Assembly: GCA_964016885.1 (NCBI GenBank) | Contig: OZ024744.1 | Location: 84,878,001-84,942,000 of the forward strand | Source: Eledone cirrhosa | Lineage: Eukaryota | Direction of reading: 5' to 3' | Length of the DNA stretch: 64,000 nt | In this document: positions 54,806 to 64,000 of the stretch, piece by piece | Numbering within the stretch: the first letter of the stretch is position 1 | Layout: each line of letters opens with the position of its first letter | Notes under the pieces: generated by a model | Told to the model about the DNA's origin: nothing | The model's input: the letters and a program-made list of their open reading frames with translations, nothing else | Databases searched by the model: none | Made by a program: the position numbers and the translations under genes

Positions 54806-57800
54806 GGCGACCTACGTAGGAAATCGTTTTATCATGAGTTCCGCAAAGGTTTGTTGTTTTCAGTTGTTTCAAATTGCCATTTATGGAAAATTTTTGTTGT
54901 TAAGTGTTTATAAGTTCACATACATTGCTTTCGGAAAAGGACACTCAAAAAGATTGGGGCCTTGAGCCCAAAATTTAAACTTTTATAATTATCAAACAAA
55001 AAATTTCTTTGAAAAAATCATGGACTCACAGCCACACCAGGCTGACAGCCTTCCTCACAAACTAACACCTCACACCAACACCACCATTGTAAATATCACT
55101 ACGTTTGCCAACACTAAAAATATAAGCAGTAGCAATAATTTAAATTTGTCTCATGCAGACATTCATTTCCCGCCATTACCAAAAAACTGCAGGTGTTAAA
55201 GCCGCCACCCCCACCATCACCACAGCGACAACAGAAACAAAAGGAAAAATAAATTATTATCTCGTGACATCGAAATGGATTCACCCAGAATCGACTCTTC
55301 CACACCGAACACCACTGACGCCACCACCACCACAACTGAAACTAAAAATAACAATAACAAAAATAACAATAACAACAACAGCAACAACAACAATGAGAAT
55401 AACAACAAAAACACCACCGCAAATGCGAAACAATCGAGGTAACTCAGGAGGAATTAAATGAAGCCAAGAGAATGGTAAAGAAAGATGGTTACAGAGTCAG
55501 CCCCCTCCCCCACCTAATAAAATGGAGCATCGGCGCCTATGTACCGTGTCTTATCGGACGATTAACACAAACTCACGCCCAGTGGAACGGGCATCCGAGT
55601 CCCAAATCCAAAAAGCTTTGGGACATGTGTGGGCGAAAAAACCCCACATCAGACGTAGGCAGAACACCACAGAGCACTCCATGGCCCCATTAAGAAGCGA
55701 CGACTTCACAGTCGTCCCAAACTATTGTGGCCAGAGACTCGTGAAGATCAGGGTGCCCCACGTTCCACGGGCCATCGAAATTCCCTGGCTAATGGCTGCC
55801 GCCCTCGCCGGCATCGAGGCCAACACCAATATAATTAAAATATCAAAAGAAAAGCAGGAGAACTGGTCCGGATCTGGGATGGAGCTCCTGATCCAAGCGG
55901 ACCAAAAAGCATTGAGGAGATCCCAGAGGTAATAGACCTCATTGACAGCAGCCACCTCACCGTAATCGTCGAGGGCAGGAGGCCTAGGTATGTCGTTTGT
56001 GGTGAAGGAACCCACCTAAATGCTTTCTGCCCTCAGGCTAAAAAGTTGAGTCCATCTCTCTTACCCACCCCAGTGACTCAACCATCAACACCACCAGCAG
56101 CAGAAATGGCATCAACAACTGTAGCAGCAACAACAGAAGCAACTGTAACAGCAACAATCCCAGCGACAGTAGCAAAACCAACACCACCACCCAACGCGCC
56201 AGAACTAGCACCAACGCCTCCACCATCCACCACGCCACAACCAAAACCAACGCCTGTGGAGGATTTTCCACTCCCCGGCTTATCGCAACTGGAGACAGAT
56301 TGTGACGACGAGGAGTGGGAAACTATATCAGGAAAAAGGAAAAAAAGAAAAAGAACCCCAAAAAGAAAAAAATTCTCTTCCTTCTCCCTCCCAAAACAGA
56401 GGGAAACAAATAAACTATCAAACAAAAAAGTTAGGTAGCTATGCCACCATCCACACCAGCATCACCAACCCCATCACCACAAATACCAACACCAACACCA
56501 TCATTAACCCCAACACCACCATCACCAACACCACAAAAGTCACCAAAAAGCGAAACAAACAAATCCACAACAAACGCAAACAAAACAAAACAACCAAAAC
56601 CATACACACTACACAGCATTAAATTTGAACAACAACCAATTATTACACTACATCCAACACAACACCAGCATCACAAAAAAAGACTACACAACACCCCAGA
56701 AGTTCACACCACCTCCATACATACAAATCACTCGCATCACACAGAAAACGTACACGACACTAAAACAAAAATTCCCCAAAGACATCGGAGACTTCCGACA
56801 GGCACTCTCCAGGAGGATTGGATTTCCCGAATGTGCCAATGTGGACTTGGATAAACCGCATCGGGTCATCCAGATCATATCTAGATAGAGTATTTTGTAA
56901 GGAAATAGATAGGTCTAGCATAGGCTGTCCACAATTCAAGATAGTCAGCTACACGGACCACAAATTCGTGATCTGTGTGCTTGACTTAGATAGGCTTCAT
57001 AGACAAGGACCCGGCTACTGGAAACTAAACGCGTCCTTAACAGCGCGCAAGGCCTACAGAGACCGGATTAGCGAACTAGTTAAGCGGGCGTTCACGGGGC
57101 CATCGTCAACAACAAGTGGTGGTTTGCTCTGAAATGAGCGATTAGAATAGAGTCCATTAGGTTTAGCAAGGCTTTAGCTATAGAGTAAAATAAAGCAGAG
57201 GCGCGTAGCAAGGGAATCGCGACCGACGTACTTGCAGCGAAATTGGCCCGTGACCAATTCTTCAATGCAAAGCACGAAGGTTGCGTTGTCAGAGCTAGGG
57301 TGCGTGCTCTCAGACACGGGCAAATGTGTGAAGCTTTTCAGCGACACTTCGCTCAGCTGTTCGGGGGCATCGGCGGGCCGGATCGAGGGATGGACTTTAG
57401 CGTCTACCTCGACAGACTGCCGCGGCTCTCGGCAACTGAGGCGGAGTGTTGCGAAAAGCCGATAACAGCCGCTGAAGTACGGGAGGCAATGACTTGTTGC
57501 ACAAGGGGTAAATCGCCTGGTTTGGATGGTCTGCCCTATGAACTTTACGTACAGATGCCAGACTTGTTCGGAGGCCTCCTGGCAGACGTCTACTGCAACT
57601 GGCAACAGAACAGGAGAATTCCCAGCTCTGTGAGCCGAGGAGCGGTGGCGCTGCTGAGAAAGGATCCGAAGGGGGATAACATAGATAATTTCAAGCCCAT
57701 AACTCTGCTAAACACAGAGTTCAAGATTTTGGCCAAGGTGCTAGCAAAGAGGTTGGCGCTTGTCGTTGGTGGTCTGGTGGGAGAGGCGCAGACATGCGCC

Positions 57801-58995
57801 ATTCCCGACAGATCCATCCACGACAACCTCCACCCCATGCGACACATCGTGGAGAGGGTAGCTAGGGAACCTGGCACGGGTGGGTCCATGATCAATTTAG
57901 ATCAGTCGAAAGCTTTCGATAGGGTCGATCATCGTTACCTAGCGATAGTCCTGAGCGCGGCTGGCTTTGGGCTCGTCTTCAGAGGCTGGTTCGCTGCCAT
58001 GCACAGCGACATCTGCTCTGTGGTGAGAGTGAACGGTGACCTTTCGGAACCGTTCAACATCATGCGCTCGGTCCGCCAAGGATGTCCCTCTCGTCCCTCT
58101 TGTACGTATTGACTCTCGAGCCATTACTGCACAAACTGGAGACGTCGAGGGGGATCCCGCGCAAACTAGGATGCGGAAGATCCGTGTCAGCATTTGCGGA
58201 CGATGTCACCGTAGTGGTGTCGAACGCCAAACACATCGAGGCGATCGGCACTACACTAAGAGAATACGAAGCGGTGACAGGAGCAATGATTAACCAGGAA
58301 AAGTCAGTGGGCCTGCAGCTCGGCACCTGGAGAGGCAGGTCCATGCCGTCCAACAGCGTCGTCGGGCGCTGGACGGACGGACCGGTTAAATTGCTAGGGG
58401 TCTGGTACGGTCCGGACCGCCAGACGGACAAAAACTGTGACGAGCAGGGTGGCTTCTCTCACCCAGAAATGGGCCGAGAGGAAGCTATCCCTGAAAGGTC
58501 GAACGGAGGTGGCTATCGCGTACAACGCGTCCGTCATCTGCTATCGCCTGACCGTCCTACCTTGTCCTAAGCCCGCCTGACTGCGCTGGAGCGTTTGCTC
58601 TTTCGCTTTTTGAGCAAGGGACGCGCTCCGATGGTCAGGCGGTCCATCTGTTGTCAAAACCCGCTTCGTGGAGGGCTGGGCATGCCGTGGCTGATGATGC
58701 ACAGACACGCGCTCAGGCTACGACATCTCCACCTCTTCCTCGACGATGATCAGGTGTGGTCGCCGTTTGCTAGACGCGTCTTTCCCCAGCTCGTTTCCTT
58801 GACGGAGCTGCAGTCCTGGGTCAAGCGAAGACCGAGAGGAAGCGTTTGGAGACTGGAATGTCTTCAGGCGCTCACAGCCCTCGACCAATCGGGCAATGTG
58901 ATCGGTGGAAACTCCACCTCGGCGTTCTATAGAGGATTAGTGGAGGGGAAGAGAGACGACGTACTTGGGGAAACTCTAGGCCTCGACGAAAATCA
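54806..58995 (+). mobile_element. Decayed Tx1-like LINE (ORF1 plus ORF2 APE/RT), 3'-truncated
   Basis: ORF1 zinc-knuckle relic near 55975-56035. SYLDRVF, TDHK, GPGYWKLN, KSPGLDGLPYE, LDQSKAFDRVDH, VRQGCP, AFADDV, GGLGMP. Multiple frameshifts; (ATT)n flanks. Confidence 0.9.
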
Positions 58996-59076
58996 ATTAT
59001 TATTATTATTATTATTATTATTATACATACATACATATCTACATACATTATATATACATTATATATACTTACATAC

Positions 59077-59113
<37 letters not shown>

Positions 59114-59115
<2 letters not shown>

Positions 59116-59305
59116 ACAAAGGAATTGTGGTAAGGAACCAGTTGGACCATAACGCACCAGAGTACTCAATACTGAGGGTAGTAGAGTTGGAAATAGGAAA
59201 AAGTATGACCCCGACGGCAGAGCTCAAGCCGTTTCGACGGGTATTTCTGGACTCAGAAATAGCCGTCGAAACGGCTTGAGCTCTGCCGTCGGGGTTATAC
59301 TTGTT

Positions 59306-59310
<5 letters not shown>
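59114..59310 (-). mobile_element. GTCC-family mini-element hairpin, copy 7
   Basis: Apex atttctggactcagaaat. An extra 20-bp arm stub lies at 59379-59398. Confidence 0.9.
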
Positions 59311-59379
<69 letters not shown>

Positions 59380-59417
59380 GGAACAAGTATGACCCCGATA
59401 TATATATATATATATAT

Positions 59418-62127
59418 TGAAATTTCCGTTGAAAACAGAAAAGGCATAGAAGTGAAGAGTGCTCTATGTAAGTATCAGAGCAAAATTTAATGTATAAAAA
59501 TCAATACAATATAATTACCTCATTACCAGAGGTTTCCCGAATGAGGCGAATACGAAAGAAACGTCTTCATTCGTTCGTCAGACGAGGCAATATAAAACAT
59601 GGGTAAATACTTGGAAAGTCTCATCAAGAAAAGCAATGGGCTCTTACGACGGTGCTGATGTTTGTAAACTGGTCGGCCTATTCCTCCTACATACACTTAA
59701 ATAAAAATTTCCTAACCATATTTTTTGGCTTTATCGCGACGATGGTCTAATACTTTCCCATACCACCATAGGCCATAACTTAGATAGATTAAGGAAAGAC
59801 TTAATAAAAACCTTCGCTAGTTTTAATCTTAAAATTACTATTGACACTAACCTTTCCAATGTAGATTTCCTAGATATAAACCTAGATTTGCCTACTGCTT
59901 CTTATAAACCATACCATAAACCTAATAAAAACTTAAAATATATAAATAAAGGCTCTTGCCATCCACCTATAGTTTTTAAAAACCTTATCCCTAATATTAG
60001 CCGTAGGATCTCCACCCTCTCTTCCTCAGAAGCTATTTTTAATAAGGCATCCCCCTACTATAATAAAGCCCTCCAAAATAGCGGTTTTAGCGAACCGATT
60101 AAATACATACCCAACTATACTAACTCTATTAAACATAAAAACAGGAAAAGAAAAATAATCTGGTTCACACCCCCCTACTCTCTAGCAGTTAAAACTAATG
60201 TAGGCAAAAAATTCCTAGAGCTCCTAGATAAACATTTCCCTAGAACACATAGATACTATAAGATCTTTAACAGAAACTGTGTCAAAATTAGCTATTCCTG
60301 CGGTCCCCCTATTAAGTCCTATATCATCAACAAAATATCACCTAGAGAAAATCAAACTTGCTCCTGTAGAATCAAAAGTGAATGCCCATTACAAGGTAAA
60401 TGCAACACCAAAGCCATTGTATATGCGGCTAAAGTGACAACCATCAGCAACAACCATCCAGCCACCAGTGAACGATATGTGGGTATGACGCAAGACAAAT
60501 TCAAAACGCGTTTTTACTCACATGTCGCATCCTTTCGACATCCAGAAAAAAGATTTACAACAGCTCTGGCTAGCAGAATTTGGGATTTGAAAGCCAAGGC
60601 ATCCAATATAAGTTAGATTGGTCAATTTTGAACCAATCTAAAGAATATGCTAGAGGAACAAGAAAATGCACGCTCTGCATAAATGAAAAATATTGGATAT
60701 TGCAAAATCTAAAATCACCAAAGACCTGCCTGAACACAAAGACGGAAATTTTCACCAGTTGCCCACACATGAAATCACACCTGCTTTCCAGCTCATATAA
60801 ACTTAACACACTTTCAGATACTTATCCTCCATAAACTCTTATTATTCTCTTTATAATTACCCTTTCTAATTTACTTTCATTTTTATCCTTATCATTCATT
60901 TCATTTATTTTTATTTTTATTTATATATTATTATTTGTTTTTGTTTTTTTTATTTTATTATTTTTTTATTTTTTTTATTTTTACTTCACATCCACCAATA
61001 ACCCTCCCCCCCTTTATTCTCCGATTCACTTACCTAATATCTTCACTTTCCATTTTTTACTTCCCTATTTCCTTCACTAACTGATTACACTTGTCATTTG
61101 CGTTTTCCACTCCAGATATATTTTTTACCTTTATTTTTATTATTTTTTATTTTTGCGCAGCCAATCTTACAATTTTATAATTTTATATTTGTACTTACTT
61201 ATCCACAAGTTTTTTACACCCTGTATCAATGTGGCTGAACGCCTTAATGTGTGTATACTTTCTATATATGTACATGAGCGACTACGTATGTGCGCGCGCG
61301 TGCGTGTATATATATATATATGTATGCGTATGTGTATGTGTCTTTATATCCGTGTTTTTTACATCTAGGTTTTATGTTTTGTTCCTTTTTTCTTCTCCCC
61401 CTTTTTTTTACTTACTCATTTTTATGCGTGTGCATGCAAACAGGTCAATATACGTGAGTGTAAGTATGTGTGTGTGTGTGTGTGTTCGTATCGAACGTAT
61501 GGATGTGTAAGTGTGTGTGTGTATATAAGCATGTATATTTTTGCGTTGCTTTTGTGAGATATACGTGTGTGTGTATGTATGTTTGTCTTCTTTTCTTTAA
61601 TTTTTTCTTTCTAAATTATTGTTCCATTTTTATAAATATATCCAGATTGATACTTTCCTTTAATTATTACACTCCCTTACCTCTTTTACTTCCGCATCTA
61701 AGTGTACGTGTGTGTAGGTGTGTTTATGCGCGTGCCTTCATATTCTTATGATGTATCTATTCTGTCTGTAGATTACAGACATACAGATACATTTGCCCTA
61801 AATTATATATTTACGCACACTTTTTCACTATACGTATACATATGTGCATACACATATATGCACATCTGTGAGCGTATATACATACATATACACACACCTA
61901 ACTATATTTCTTGAAAGATTATTATATATTTCATATTCTAATTCATTTGTCTATATCTTTTTTCTTTTTTCTTTTTTTTTGCTTTTCTTGGTGAGACTTT
62001 CCAAGTATTTACCCATGTTTTATATTGCCTCGTCTGACGAACGAATGAAGACGTTTCTTTTGTATTCGCCTCATTCGGGAAACCTCTGGTAATGAGGTAA
62101 TTATATTGTATTGATTTTTATACATTA
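59418..62127 (+). mobile_element. 5'-truncated Naiad-like PLE (RT C-half plus GIY-YIG) with inverted pLTR
   Basis: MGSYDGADVCKLVG, LYRDDGL, VDFLD, WFTPPYS, CSCRIKSECPLQGKC, IVY..YVGMT, CTLCINEK. 59488-59636 is inverted against 61979-62127. Confidence 0.92.
62025..62100 (+). ncRNA. Type I hammerhead ribozyme
   Basis: TTGCCTCGT-CTGACGA-a CGAATGA..TCATTCG g-GAAA-CC TCT GG-TA^ATGAGGTAA, with a 9-bp stem I. Mirror copy at ~59514-59590. Confidence 0.85.
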
Positions 62128-62231
62128 TATATATATATATATGTGTGTGTGTAGGAGGTGAGTTTTATTGTAGTACAATAAAGCAATGCAGATATCGGAT
62201 AAGAAGCACTCTACAATTTGTAGGACTGGAG

Positions 62232-62297
<66 letters not shown>

Positions 62298-62325
62298 GTT
62301 ATGTAATAAACAACATAAGGCAATT

Positions 62326-62386
62326 ATTCCATTTACCAGTGGTTTCTTAAAAGGAAAAGATTTTGCTTTCAATCCTCAGGATGAAA
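62326..62386 (-). ncRNA. Type I hammerhead ribozyme
   Basis: TTCATc-CTGAGGA-TTGAAAG..CTTTTAA-GAAA-CC ACT GG-TA^AATGGA. Confidence 0.7.
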
Positions 62387-62531
62387 AAATCCTGGTCTGT
62401 TTATTGAATTTGGATTTTAAAAACTAAAATTGAATCTATATGAAAGTGAGCCTGGAGAAGGAAGAAGGAAAGGAAAAATAAAATAAAACTACACATGCGA
62501 ACACACACACAAAAACCCAAAAAGCATACAT

Positions 62532-62576
<45 letters not shown>

Positions 62577-62580
<4 letters not shown>

Positions 62581-63046
62581 ATTAAATAAATGGAAACTAT
62601 ATTTATAAAACCATATTTATTTCGTTATATATATTTCAGGGATATCATATTAACAATATGTTATGCCGTCTTCAGACAAAATACAATATAAACAGTCTTA
62701 TAAATAAATAAATACGACATACCTTTCAATCACCTTGCATTTGGGAGGTTGATTTGGTAGTAAAGGATATTGTGGACAGTTGTAAAAAGAAAGAGATAAA
62801 GAGAGAAAGAAAGAGAAACGAAGAAAAAGAAGAAAAGACTGTTTATATTGTATTTTGTCTGAAGACGGCATAACATATTGTTAATATGATATCCCTGAAA
62901 TATATATAACGAAATAAATATGGTTTTATAAATATAGTTTCCATTTATTTAATATCATAAATATACTCCAAATACTTGTTGAGTGCTTTTATATCAGTTA
63001 TAAATATTTACTCGTTGTTAACCCAACAATTTAAATATAACTTTCC

Positions 63047-63047
<1 letters not shown>
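62577..63047. mobile_element. PLE-end hairpin with a hammerhead in each arm
   Basis: 62577-62699 is a perfect reverse complement of 62835-62958. TATTTTGT-CTGAAGA-..CATATT GTT AATATG..-GAAA-TATATA-TA^ACGAAATA. Confidence 0.85.
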
Positions 63048-63085
<38 letters not shown>

Positions 63086-63917
63086 CATACATATATACAT
63101 ATACATACACTCATACATACACACACGCACACATATATACACATATATGTGTATATAAATACACACAAACACATATATACATACGCACATAAATATCAAC
63201 ACATCCATACATACACATACATATATACAACCACACACACATATATACACACATACATACACATAGAAACATAAATATAAAATACATATACATACACACA
63301 TAAACATACATATAAATATATATATATATATACACATATACATATATATATATGTGTACAAGCATACACATACACAAACATAGCCATACACACATACATA
63401 TACATACATACATACATGCACACAATCATACATATGTACACACGTACATACATACACATACATAAATGCATTCCTCTACATATTCACACACGCAAATAAA
63501 TATAAGAAAAAAAATATATATATATATATATAAAAAATTATTTGACAGCGATACAGAAGGCATCTAACTGGACAGACACGCGTGGTAAGTAATACACACG
63601 AATGCACGTATACATACGTACGTAATAGTAAATACATACACACACACACACATATATGTATACATACACACATACATATACATACATAGCTATATAATTA
63701 TAAACATACAAATACGTACATATCATAAACACGCACAACCAAATATAAACACACACACACATACATATATATAAATATATATATATATACATACACACAC
63801 ATACACATATACATGTGTGTGTGTGTAAAACTCAGTCTTAGATAATTCATATGAACCTTACATATACATATATATATAGTAGTAAAGTAATAAAGTAATA
63901 AGCAACATAAGGCAATT

Positions 63918-63978
63918 ATTCCATTCACCAGTGGTTTCTTAAAAGCAAAAGATTTTTCCGTCAATCTTCAGAATGAAA
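63918..63978 (-). ncRNA. Hammerhead motif with GUG triplet (probably inactive), direct repeat of 62326-62386
   Basis: TTCATT-CTGAAGA-..-GAAA-CC ACT GG-TG-AATGGA. Confidence 0.6.
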
Positions 63979-64000
63979 AAAACCTGGTCTATCTACATAT

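Noticed and set aside
59888-60834. Selenocysteine-type Naiad with in-frame TGA
   Set aside because: The conserved Cys positions are ordinary Cys codons. The breaks are a TAA stop and a frameshift.

Overview
Eukaryotic, AT-rich DNA saturated with microsatellites. The SINE repertoire suggests an octopus or other cephalopod (inference). I found no host gene. Most ORF-track entries are translations of (TA)n, (CA)n or (GA)n. The real coding remnants all come from non-LTR retrotransposons: CR1-like, RTE/RTEX-like, Tx1-like, CRE-like and at least three Penelope-like (PLE) GIY-YIG types. The window also has many tRNA-derived SINEs, a non-autonomous Helitron, MITEs and minisatellites. The main hidden signal is about 20 type I hammerhead ribozyme motifs (CUGANGA...GAAA...NUH) from many sequence-distinct families, nearly all inside (TA)n tracts. 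Many sit in head-to-head hairpin insertions of 100-450 bp. Several families share a palindromic loop III, a 3' ACTC...GAGTRCT motif or an upstream GGTATGTC motif. Two families have reproducible 5' ends, suggesting tiny non-coding ribozyme-bearing retro-RNAs mobilised by PLE machinery. All folds and alignments were done by eye and clade names come from recalled motifs, so both need computational confirmation.
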